Under the pieces are notes generated by a model that searched no databases, was not told the DNA's origin, and saw only the letters and a list, made by a program, of their open reading frames with translations. From Nageia nagi (taxonomy: Eukaryota; Plantae; Pinophyta), in the NCBI GenBank assembly GCA_050084985.1, contig JBITNC010000002.1:21204001-21268000 (forward strand): 64,000 nucleotides of DNA. The letters run 5' to 3'. A program made the position numbers and the translations under genes. Position 1 is the stretch's first letter; the number at the start of each line of letters is the position of its first letter. Of the stretch, positions 41,929 to 54,268 are shown piece after piece.

Positions 41929-43869
41929 TCACGTGTTGTATGGAGTTTTCTTCATTGTTGTTGATGTTGCTCCTTCATTGAGTGCCTCCTTTTGTTGAGT
42001 AGCTCCCCCTTCAACAAAAGTCTCTATGGTCTTCAACAACCATATTCTCTCTTCTTCATGATCCTCAAACCATTCTTGTAGTGACATTCCATCAATGCTA
42101 TAAGTATTGGTTTTCAAGAACCAATCTCTCTCACAATGGTGTTTGAACCATTCTTTCATCTCTCTCTCATTTTTTATATGGTGTTTAAACCATGTTTGCA
42201 AGTAGTCATTTGCTCTTGCATTCATTACATCATAGCATACTCCACATGAGTATGTTCTCATCATTTCACAATAGTCATTATACCACACTACTCTCTCACA
42301 AATGTTTACACACACTTTGAGACAATACATAGCCACACATTGGCTAATTACATATGCAACCAAATGTTGCTCCTCACACAAAGTTTCACTCAAAAAATCA
42401 CACTTTACTAAGATTTTACAATCTTCATTTGAATCCATATGATCCAAGTTTTTCATCAATGTCTTCTCCCAAGGAAGACTCTTCAATGTTGTCTCCATGA
42501 TGCAATCTTCAAGCAATGCCTTGATAAGACATTCTCCTCCATTCTCCATAGCCTTCAAGCTATCCTTCACACATCTAATCAGCAAACATTCATTAGTAGC
42601 ATTAGCAAATAAGCTAAAAAATAAGAAATCATCTCCTCTAATGATGTTTTGGTGAGTAGATATCCACATTAATCTTTCCTTTGATGTTGCTTTTAAAGCA
42701 ATCATTTCTTCATTTATGATAAGGAATTCCCATGATTCCTCTTTGCATATTGTTGCCTTTATAAGACAACTCTCAAGATCTTTTGATGCCTCCATTTCAC
42801 CATGAAGTCCATCAATGGCTATCTCATTATCTTCTATCTCCTCCTTGAGATAGTCATCTTCATTCTCCACTCTTGATAAGTGGTCTTCTCCATTGAGGAT
42901 GAAGTTAATAGCCTTCATCTCATCTTTATCAATGATCTCTCTTGGATCATTATCCCATATTGTCTCCATAAGACAATCATCATGTTGTGCTTCCTCCATG
43001 AAGCATTCCTCATCTTCTCCTCTCTTCTCAACAAGAAGAAGATTCTCACATACACTCTCCTCCTTGAGAGTTTCTTCTTGGTGATCTTCACATTGGGTGT
43101 CTTCACCATCAACTTGAGCAATGGAATCATCATCCCATATGATTTGAGCCTTGTCTTCATTCACTCCATGTGAGTGAGTTTCAGCCATGGAACACTCCTC
43201 CTCAAGGGTGTCTTCATCTTGTTCTTTATCAAAAAAGAACTCTTGCCAACATTGGGTTGACTCCTCCTCATTCTCCATCATAAGAATGGGTTCACAATAT
43301 GCCTCTTCCACAAAGCATTCATCATCATATGGCTGAGATGGTGTCTTCAATGAACACTCTTCATGACATGCCTCCTCCATGAGACATTCTTCATAACAAG
43401 GCCAATCTAATTCCTCTCCAAGGAATTCTCCTTCATAGTTTTCATCATATGTGTCTTCATCATAAGACTCCTCTAAAAAACTTTCAAAGAAGCAAGGCTC
43501 CTCCTTGCTTACACAATCTCCATGATTGTCATCTTTGGCTTTATGGGAGTCCTCCTCACATCCATAAGCATATTCTAATGCTTTCCAAGCAATTTGGGCT
43601 ATTTTACATTTTGCAATGAGAGGTAAAATATTTGGTTTCATTCCTCTCCTAATATCTATAAGAGCTAAGCAATTTTCATATTGCTTCTCTTTCTTCTCTC
43701 TTTTCTCCTCTCCTTCAAGAGACTTCCAAGATGGAGGTTCATCATACCCATCTTCTATAATGCTCTAAAGGTCCTTAGCTTTGAGCAAAGTCTTCATTAT
43801 TATGCTCCACCAAGCATAATTTTCTCCATCAAACTTGGGCACCTCCAAGTGTTCATACATGGTGTCCAT
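41929..43869 (-). CDS. Copia Gag N-terminus fused to a long acidic Cys/His-repeat domain of unknown function (570-aa ORF 41929-43641; in-frame extension to ATG 43869 across one TAG)
   Basis: The same frame upstream reads MDTMYEHLEVPKFDGENYAWWSIIMKTLLKAKDL*SIIEDGY (Copia gag DUF4219-type motif; the TAG at 43765-43767 replaces the conserved W). It continues ILPLIAKCKIAQIAWKALEYAY (UBN2-type gag start) and then ~540 aa rich in E/D/C. Confidence 0.8.
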
Positions 43870-45060
43870 TTCTTCAAAAAACTTTCATTACTGTACAGAC
43901 CTTCGATGGGACAGTCATTAAATGGATGGCTTAAACTTATCCAAATTGGCTGAAATTTTTACAAGATGTTCTACACACCTATATCTATCTTCAGTCCAAA
44001 TTTCACCTGAAAATGAGCAATATATCAAAAGATATATGTGTTGCAAGTTGACTATTTTTTCCAGGCCTGTACACGTTTTTCTGATGACAATCTAATCTCC
44101 ACGTTAGGCTCTCCTCACAACTTCCTTGAGGTTTTGCTGGAAATGCTTCTATGTGGAATTTCACCTTTATATAGGCTATGAATGTATTTACAGTCTTGTC
44201 CACTAGATCTGCACCTATACTCTTCTCCTATTTAACAGGGTTGGATGCATGAAAAAATACAATATCTCTGTCCTCACACAAACTCCTCAACACACCCCTA
44301 GATATCAATAAGATATTATAAACAATGCTGGCAGAGAAGCAATACCAAGAGGATCTTACTGTTGAACATGTTGGCTGACCTACACTATCATGCTACACTC
44401 TACACAATGCGCAGGCCCTTTTTAATTGATCATACAGCAAGATGAAGTCACTCCAATACAGCTTTGTCTATCCCCAAGTGCATCAGCAGATCAAAGAGTT
44501 TAAGAGCAGCTTGTTGCAGCCTCCATGCTACCTACAAGCCTCTAACTTTGTCTAACATTAGCCTCATAGCCCCTCACAATCCTTAGCTACATGTCTCACC
44601 ATTTCATATCACGCAGCAACCTCTACATAAGACTGCACAACATTTTTCAAACACATAGCATCCCTTTTAATGGAACACACATCGCCTCTTTCAAGATATA
44701 CTCCATCCAACATTCGAGTTTATACTTCAACAAGGTATTTTATCAAATGACAGCAACTTGTAAAGGACAGCAACACTTCACGCCTCCTCCAGCTCCTTCA
44801 GCGCATGCACTACAGAGAGGGATCGGTTCGTATCCCTTCTCCTCATGCAAGCTTCACGCAAACTTCACGCACCATAGCATGCGAATGTTTCCTTCACGTG
44901 AACGTTTCCTTCACCATGTAGACCATATCAGTTCATACCTCCTCTGCGAGCAATGCACCTCCGCGAGCAACGCTACACTGCTTCTCCTCCGCGCGAGCTC
45001 CTTCACGCAAATGAAAGACTCCTTGTCCTCCTCCGCGCTATCTTCTGACCAGCCTCGTTC

Positions 45061-45207
45061 AGCAAAACGACTCCTTAGCAACATAGCACGATAATGTTTG
45101 TCTAGGGACATCTGCCTTTCTGATGAAGTTGGAGTACTCTCCCCTTCGTGATGGCCATCAGCAGGAGGCAGCTTTGAAAGAGCATTCTCTTCATCCAATC
45201 CGCTCAC
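45061..45207 (-). pseudogene. Captured fragment of a GTE (BET-family bromodomain/ET, GTE8/9/10/11-like) gene C-terminal region
   Basis: SGLDEE...EGESTPTSSERQMSLDKHYRAMLLRSRFA matches the conserved plant GTE motif EGESAP.ERQ.SPDKLYRAALL(R/K)xRFAD, recognised from memory. It is truncated right after RFA. Confidence 0.75.
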
Positions 45208-48200
45208 AACCCCTTGGCTCCTTCACAACCCCTTGGCTCCTTCAAGCACGTCTCCTTCGAGTCACAGCGAGCACGACTCCTCCGAGTGATTCGTTGTTCC
45301 TTCAACTCCTCCTCTGCGCAAGCTTCTGACCAAATGGTTTTCTCCTCCTCGCACATCACGTGAACATCTTCTCCTCACGTGAAAATGTTCTCATTCACGG
45401 ACTCAGGCAGAACGGACCCGACCCAGGACTCCTCTCATGACAGTAGTCCAAACAAATTAATTCACCTCCTCCAGCAACGTATTCCTCTTTGACCTCCGCC
45501 GCTTCTCAACGCATGCTCTCCTTTCTGCTGTGCATGGGTTTCCTTCAAACCTCATGCAACTATCTTTTCTCCAAGCAAATGTTTAGTCTATTTCAGATTC
45601 TCTTTCAATCTTTAAAATAGCAAACACTACTTCAGCTAACTCATGTAGCTTCTTTTCAGAGGCTTTGGATCTCACACTTGCAAGAATTTGATAAATTCTT
45701 TGCAATGCATCCACAAGCTCAATTGATGACAGTCCTTAGAGGAGCTTGATAAGATCCTTCAAGACTTCACCCACTCTAACCCAATAATCAAATCAGCTCT
45801 GATACCAATTGAGAGAACTATAATGTTCTATTTTACTCATCAAAATGAGTTACATATATAGGCTTTGTGAAAGCCATTACAAGACAAGCTAAATGGTTGA
45901 GATGCAATATTCTCACACCATAACAAATATCACAAATAGCACACCTACGTGAACTACAAGACAATAAGTGATGCCTATCCTAACAAATAGGCTAAGCATG
46001 GAATATGGTCAACATAGACCAAGTATTCCTCACAAGCTAATAAATGGAAATACTCTTAATCCTAATTAATTAATCTATTAACTTAGGACTTAGGGATATG
46101 TAGGGTATAATTCCAACAGCTTCTTCTATAGCAAAAGCTTTTGAATTAAATCTTTAAGGAAGTGAATGTAATACCTTTTTCATAGTGATTGAGTCTTCAA
46201 TATTTTCTTCAAGGCTACTAATTGCATTGATTACTTCATTGACCATGTATTCTTCTATGTTTTCATCTTCATTCATATTTAAACTCTCAAACTATGCTCG
46301 ATGAGTTTGAAGCTTAGCCTCCTTTATTTTTACATCTCCCTCATGAATATTTTTAGTTTATCCCATATGTTTTTTACCAACTCATAGTTCATCACTTTTA
46401 CCAACTCACTATCCACCATTCTATACATGATGGCATTCTTGGCCTTTAAGTTATTTTTATATACCTTCTTATCCACTGCATCTATAATAGGTATGGAAGG
46501 TCTGGTATAGCCATTTTTTGTGTCCTCTTAAATCTCATATCCCATGGCACTAAGATAAGCTTGCATCCTGAATCTCCAAAAAGCATAGTTAGTATCATTA
46601 AATAATGAAGCTTTATTTGAAGAGATCCCTTCAGTTGAATCCATTGTGTCATGTCCAAGATCTCCCTATTGGATTAATCTAAAATACAAATTTTCTCTAA
46701 TACCAATTATTGAACTTCATATGACACTGAGAGGAGGGATGAATCAATGTATCTAAAAACTAAATGCAAATTTTTCACCTTTGAAATTAAGATAATGCAA
46801 AATTGAAATCAAATGAGCAAGCACATCAAAAACAACACACAACACAAGATGTAGCAAGGTTCACCAGTTTGGATACATCCTCAAAAATGACTACTTGGAC
46901 TCCAATCCAAATCCAACCATAAAATGTTATAATGTTTTACAACACCCATTGAAAATAATGGCATTAACTACCCTATCATTATGTAACACCAACTACAAGG
47001 AACATCGAATTCTCTCACTAATTACCCACTTAATGAACTTAAATAAAGAAGATGAAGGATTGATTATCATTCATGCAAGATCCTAAATGATCTAGCTCAA
47101 AAACACTACCTCTACTCACTCTTCTATTTGCTCACTTTGTCTCATCAATACTCCACACATACTCTCAATTATTTCTACACACACACTTCTCACACTTGTC
47201 TAAAAAAATATGAAATGGATCTATAACACCTAGAATATTAAACATTGCCTTGTCATAAAGAAAAATTGAATCCCATTACTTATAAGATGCTCTTGACTCA
47301 TTGCATATGCTACTTTATGAAGATGAGACCCAATACCATGCACATAAGTAAACCAACTGTCAAAATGTGCATATTAAAAAACAATTCAAGCATTGACATG
47401 ATTATGAATATCAAGAGACTAGATCAGTTACTTCTTCAATTTGAAATATCTTCTTTCCAAAGGCTCTACCACCAAATCTATAGCTTCAATTATTCAATTC
47501 ATACTAAACAACTCTACACACATGTTAGCTAAAAATGCTTCAAAATGGACCTAGAAAATTTTGCTAAATTACTTGAGGGAATATACTTCACACACTGCCA
47601 ACACACAAACCTAGGAAACTCAAAATATTATTGAACTGGTTCATGAAAATACATCAATTGGATCCAAAATGCATTTTCCAATTCCATATGGCATGAAATG
47701 GTATTATGATATTTGCATAAGTATTGAATGATCATAAATAACCCATATTTGTTTTAGATATTCTCAAAAGGAAATAGTTTTCAAAAAAAACACCATATCA
47801 TAAAAATTCTCCAATCTAAAAATGGAAGGGCTATTTCATTTAACAAGAAATAAAACATATTCTCAAAAACTTCTTCACCCAACAGTCAAACTTGGTCCAA
47901 AAGTATTCAGCAACATGTCACTTAGAGAGAGAAAATAACTATACACAACAAGGATGCCTCAAAGAATCTACCATGTATCATAACTAGACTAGATGCATTT
48001 TGTTTAATGTTTCACAAGTTTCCTCAAAAACCATAGCAAGCATTTCATCAAACACATACCAAGCAACCTTGTTCACTGACTTCTAGACCTCAGATTAAGA
48101 TGAACCAAAAACCAAAGTTGTGAGATTTTTTATGTTGCGTACAAATATACAACTAGAAATCAAAGATCTCAACTCAAACTCATGGAATTTCTCTTTTTCT

Positions 48201-50055
48201 TTATTATCCCAAAAAGTGCACCAAATTGCAAAAAGTTATTAAGTGGCATTTTGTAACTTGAACCATTTCTTCCTTAGTTTTTTTCCTTGATCTAAAATAT
48301 GGATCAAATATTATTGGTATATAGTATTATATATGTTCTAAATTTTAGCCTTTGACTCATCATATTTTGCTTATAATTTGACTTGCAAGAAGCTAATTTC
48401 ACCTAAATTTTTGACTTCTCCAAAATCCACAAGAATGCCCAAAAATGAACCAACATGAAATTTGATCATTCCAATGTTGCACACAAGTTTCTTATCAATC
48501 CAAAAATTGATCAAAACCATATCTAGTTATTCATCATCTTCCATTTATGGTTTGGCCCCCTTGAGAGCTTTTGGTAACTCATAACAACTTTTGGTCCCTT
48601 TGTCGTTTTTGCATCTGAAAACTTTGCAAATCTTGTCAACATCATTCTTGTGACATGTGTAACCATGGATACCTTATGCACATTAATCTCTTTATGTTGA
48701 CAACAATGACAACACTATTGCACCATACTCAACATACACCTCTTATAGAAAAATGAACCCAAGCAATTTACTTGATTAGACTACAAATGCACCCTTCTAA
48801 GGTTTCAATTTCAACTTGTACTCTCTTATTATTTGAAAATATTTATCAAATATAAAATGTGATCATCTTTGGTTTTGGATTTTGCTATGATGTTGTCAAC
48901 ATATACCTCAACATTGTCATGGATCATATTGTGGAACATACTTATCATGGCTCTTTGATAACTTACACTTGTAATCTTTAGACCAAAAGGTATGACTACC
49001 CAACAAAATGTACCCAAATGAGTAATAAAAGTTATCTTATGTTGGTCATCCTTATTGATCCTAATTTTATTATATCTTAAAACTCTATCCATGAATGATA
49101 AAACCTCATGGCTTACTGTTGAATCTATAGTCATGTCAATGTTAGGCAAAGGAAAGGTATCTTTAGGACATGCCTTATTGATATCCCTAAAATCTATACA
49201 ACATCTTATTTCACCATTAGGCTTAGATATTTATACAATGTTAGAAATCCATGGAGAAAAATCAATGCAAACTATGAAACCAACAACAAGATACTTCTCA
49301 ATTTCCTTTTTAATAGCAAAGGCTATCCTAGGATGCATCTTTATAGGCTTTTGTTTAATTGGTTTGATATTTTCATTAACAACTAGTCTATGTGACAAAA
49401 TTAGGAGCAAGCATAGGCATATAAAAATGAGACCAATAAAAAATGTAAAAAACTCTTTTAATAGTAGGTGATACCTTACTCATTCTTCCAAGGTTAACAA
49501 AGCTCATATTTTGATCAATCATAGGTCCTCTTGGGTACTGATGTTTACTTTTACTATTTCTTCACTAACTTAGGATATTTTTTCATTGAGTTTGGGAGGC
49601 ATAGGTAATTCTCCCAATCCTACATCCAAAATTAGCCATAAGATATTGGAATAATAGAGCGATAGTGCTAGGAACCCAATGCCATCACCCCATTAAGGGA
49701 TAGGAAGATTGACTATGGAGTTCAAAGTACCTATACCTAGGACTAACTCAAGGAAACACAAAAAAAATTAATGAAAGATGAACAAAAATGAAAATAAGGG
49801 TGATGCTCTAACATGTAATGTTTGCATCATTTATGCAAACCTTCGTACCAAAATATGCTTGATATCATATGAAACATGCTACGAGCCTCTTTTCATTGGA
49901 CTTGGAGAACTCACTCAGTGCCCTCAAATTCTCAATGATGCATCATCATTTTTGAATATATCCACACAAACCAAAGTTGTTTGAGTTAAGAATGGGTCTA
50001 CATAATAAGCTTGTAACTCTTCTAATAGACCATGCTTCATTATATAATGCAACCA

Positions 50056-50135
50056 ATATATATATATATATATATATAATGTATGTATGTATGTTATGTA
50101 TGTATGTATGTATGTATGTATGTATGTATGTATAT
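50056..50135. repeat. Compound (TA)n(TATG)n microsatellite
   Basis: Directly visible. Confidence 0.95.
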
Positions 50136-50504
50136 CAAGTGCATAGCTGATCACTATTATCCATATGTTGAATCCTTGGAATTGATGAAGATAGGCTAGG
50201 TGTAGAATCATCAAAGCCATCATCAATTATTCTCTTATGCTAACCTTCATTTGGAATGGGCTCTATGATTCCCTTCTCATTGTCACCTAATTCTTTTACA
50301 TAATATTGAAATTTATACATATATTCAATAGCAAAAGTAGAGTCAATGTTATTGAAATGTATACTTACTTAACATATCATCTTTTACAAAATAAGAGTTG
50401 TATCTTCATTATCAAATGTACTTTTTTCTTCATGTTCTTGATAGAGGATGTTGATCTCTTTAACAAGATCATTGTTCTTCTCAAGAGTTGATTAATAAAC
50501 CATA

Positions 50505-51200
50505 TTTCTTTTTGAATTCACTTTTGAATATTCATATATTATACATTTTAGTGCTTGCAAAAATCAAAATCAATCACACAAAAATATTAACATAGTTTTT
50601 ATCCTAGTTTTATCGATGTGGTCTACATCCAACAAGTAAAATTCCATTAATGTTGGTACCCTTTCATAAAGTCCTTCAAATTATTCTTCTTTCTCCATTA
50701 TTTTGTTATCAAAGCTGAATCATAAGATCCTTGTAGGGTACTACTAGATCTCTTGTGGAAGATGACTCTCTTTTCAATGAAAGTCCTTCAACATGATTCA
50801 ACGTCTTTTACCTCAAGTTGACATATTTGAAATCACTCTTGGTCTCATTTTTTCTTGCACCATGGTGATTATTTCATTCACTTCTTTTCTTCTTTTTTTA
50901 CATAACATTTTCACATTCACCCTTTTTGGGAGCCTTCTCCCCGAATGGAATTCACTCTTTTTTTATTCTCCAAGTACCCTTTTATAAAATAAGGGTTACA
51001 TTTTTGGAGGTTATGGTTTCAACAAGAAAAACCCAAACTTACAATATTTCCTTTTTTAACAATATTTTCTCTCAACATCTAAACAATAATCCCCCTTCAT
51101 TCATAGCCAATCTTCTTATTTTTAGGGCTATATTTGATTTTAGGTATTTAGTTTTAGATTTGACATTATCAATAATAAATTTCATTTACTATTGAAAACA
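50505..51200. mobile_element. Possible solo LTR in the Tat protease-RT spacer
   Basis: Flanked by ccata/ccata, ends in AAAACA, and has LTR-like internal motifs (tttttatcctag..ctacatcca; ttttataa). The left TG is not preserved. Confidence 0.35.
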
Positions 51201-54200
51201 CCATAAAAACTATTTTGAGACCAAATAATTAACCTCCTTGTAAAATAAACCAATGCCAATAATATTCCAATGATTTGTTATAGTAGGTGGCTTTTTTGGA
51301 ATGAATCCACTTGGCACCATTATTTCCATTGAATAGGGAGTCAAGTTCTCCTCTGAATGGTGCCTCCTCTCCAATTTGTGGTGGCTAAAATAGGCCAAAT
51401 TCTTTTCCCAACATTGTATACTATTTAATTTGTGATTAGATTTATCTTTTATGCACATCTAATGCTTAGTGATCTCTCCATTTTAAAGACTAGAGACAAT
51501 TGTATAACATCCTCTTCCAATATTACCATCGATCTCTAGATCTTCATACCATATTGGGCTCCTCCATTATGGTGGTTTCCCTATCCATTTCATCTCCACA
51601 TCATTGTTGATCCTTTCTACGATTTGATTTCATGACCATTTCAATCTTGTTCTTCATTGGTGCCTTATTTCTTATGGTATCCTCCTCCATGTACAACCTC
51701 CTCATGTGCTATCGACTCTAATCCTTTACATGTTAGCTATCTCTTCCTCTTTGTATGTCTAATTTTAACAAGTGCAACAAAGATTTCATTGCTTTTGGGT
51801 AGTGAATGGTGGGTTCTCATTTGTGTGGGATCTAACAGACTATAGTTGGGTTACCTATGCTAACTTCCATATGTTGGTAGATTTCACAAGTTATTGTGCT
51901 CCACATACAAGTCTTCCATCATGCATGACTTCTTAGGTTTCCTTTAAATTCATTGACCTCTATAATTCTCTCTTTTGATGTTTTATTTTGAAACCATTGA
52001 AGGCATTAGAAAGCTAATTGAGGGCTTCTCAATCTTGAATATATTATTCATAAATTTTAGAACTTTTTTTATTTTTTTCACTTTGGGAATTCCATTTTAG
52101 ATCAGGAATAGAGTAACAATCAAATATGGTCTCCTCCAAGTTGAAAATTTGAGTTTTTCAAGACTACAAGGGGTCATTTGAGCTCTCTAAAATTCTTCCA
52201 AATATCTATATCTGAGATTTTGTATGCTCCAATGCTTACCTCTTATGGGGTGATAGTTGTAATAGATGTTGGTGCATCTTCCTCATATTCAACCAAATCA
52301 TAAGGAATCTAAACCCTCTCAACTAATTGACACACATGTATTGGATTATCCTCTACATTAATAATAACTTGCTTACCTTTATGCATAAATTTAATCAACC
52401 GATGCAATGTGGAAGTAATAGTCCTAATCTTATGGATCCATGGTCTACCAAAAAATAAGTTGTATGGTAATTTCACTTGAAAAGCATAAAAAAATTTATG
52501 ATCCATTTTACCACCTATTTTAATAGGTATAGATACATATCTAATACATTCCTTTTTAGTGTTATCAAACCCTTTAATGCTAATAGTGGTTCTTTTCATT
52601 TTTACATATATGAAAGGAAAGTATTTTTGCAATAATTCAATTGAGCATGTAATGATATTTGAACGAATATCAATCAAAGCTTTTTTTAATAGGAACACCA
52701 TCAATGTTAACATAGATATACAGCCCTAAGTATTTCTAAATAACATCCTCACTAGGAAATTCACTTTCTTGAAAGGAAAGCATGTTACAAACTAAATCAA
52801 TCTCAATATTTCATACCAATTCAACAATTTTAGTAATAGGGATATTTGCATCAACTTCAATTTTCTTAAGTGTATCAAATAGAGCACATTTATGATCGAT
52901 TAAAAATTATAAAAATTCAAAAATAATTATCTTAACATGTGTTACATTTAATTGTTCAAGGAGTTATTATATACTACGATTACAAGGTACCTCTGTTCAT
53001 TCTACTATAGCCGGATTAATACTCCCTCTATGTCTTCCTATCCTAATAGAATTGCATAGTTCTTGGTTGAAGATGTCATTTGTTATGAGTGGTTTCACAT
53101 CTTCTAAATTAGCTACATGGATCTCATACTATATCTTCCTATCATCTAATAATTTTTGTAATTATTTTTCTCAAATTCATACATTTATTTGTTTTGTAAC
53201 CTTTTATCTTGTGATACTTACAAAATTCTACTTTATTATATTAACTAAGTTTATCATCATGAGGACCTAGCTCTTGTTTAATAATAGGTTTGATTAGTCC
53301 TTTTTGTAAATAGTCCTTAAACATAACTACAAGAGCCAAAGGTAACCTATTGTTCTTCCTAAACTTTTGTTTTGCTTGACTATTTTGTTTCTTTGTGGAT
53401 GAGGGTTTTTATATTGTATAGACCTCTTTATCCTTTTTTTTTATGTCTACCTCCCCTAGTTTTCTTGTTAGAATTTCCATATTTCAAGTCACCCATATCA
53501 ATCAAGCACTTCTCTTCTTGGGTAAGCCTATGCATAATCTCGGTAAAGAGTAAGGTCATGTAGACTAGGGATAATGAATTTTAAATAGGATGGATGTTAT
53601 GTACATGGATCTAACATGATAATTTGATAAGTGTTAAGGAATTATGCTCCATATATTTTAAAATCTTTGGGAAAATTTATTAAATCACTCATTTGGACCT
53701 TCGATAATATTGATTAAATCTGAAACTATCATTTATCAAGGAGCATGATATTTGAAATGGATACAAAATTCTAAGATAAGTTGTACATAGCAAAGAATTA
53801 ACTTATTAGAGTGCATCATCTCAAAATTTAGTAGGAAAGTATGTAGCCATTAAGTTATCATTTATCCCAATTTCAACTTGAACTTCATTTTGAAAGCCTT
53901 GATATGATCCATAGGAGCTTCCTCACCATTGTATGTATCAAAATAAGTTTCACTTCTAGATTGGGTACCCTATTATTGTGAATCTCATCACACAATGGAT
54001 TCAAATCCCTAGTCATGGGTGGAGCACCTCCAAAGGATCGATTATTTCCCCCAATGTTAGAGGTTTCACTTTGCTCTTCATTTCTATATAGTATCTTCCT
54101 TAAATTAGTTTTAGTGACCTCATCAAATTTATTGACCATAGTAAGAAATTGAGCAGGTTCAATTTCTAAAATACATCAAATACAAGATTTGTTCTATGTA

Positions 54201-54252
54201 AAACCTTGGGGTTTTGGCATAACTAATGAAGGATAACATGATGTATCAAAAA

Positions 54253-54268
54253 GAAGTCAGGTTCATCA
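54253..54268 (-). other. Degenerate primer-binding site, probably tRNA-Trp
   Basis: The minus strand next to the 5' LTR reads tgatgaacctgac, versus tggtgaacccgac (complement of the plant tRNA-Trp 3' end). The two differences are transitions. Confidence 0.55.

Larger units (their letters stand above)
41483..46118 (-). mobile_element. Very young non-autonomous Copia-derived LTR element (no pol) carrying cargo, inserted in the SIRE gag
   Basis: 309-bp LTRs at 41483-41791 and 45810-46118 with no difference seen by eye. TG..CA ends, perfect TSD gcttc/gcttc, perfect Met PBS tggtatcagagc (45796-45807), PPT aaggggagaa (41792-41801). Confidence 0.96.
34761..48734 (-). mobile_element. SIRE/Maximus-lineage Ty1/Copia LTR retrotransposon (decayed), inserted in the Tat RT
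   Basis: LTRs 34761-36727 and 46708-48734 (~2 kb), TSD tacat/tacac, Met PBS at 46695-46705. PPT aaagggggagat plus extra PPT-like tracts (~36775, ~36910), and the U5 (a)atcacccccctct motif typical of Sireviruses. Coding remnants: gag LFNDTNYAFWRFRMQAYL from 46644, protease WILDSGCSSHM (~39.96 kb), integrase, RT (37533-37835), RNase H (36980-37225). Confidence 0.9.

Noticed and set aside
42880-43953. Overlapping ORFs 42880-43173, 42893-43084, 42915-43160 and 43681-43953
   Set aside because: They are alternative-frame or antisense by-products of the long Gag-fusion ORF.
44591-45329. Plus-strand ORFs 44591-45094 and 45123-45329 as an antisense gene
   Set aside because: There is no recognisable motif, and openness is explained by local high GC. 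The recognisable homology (GTE) is on the minus strand.
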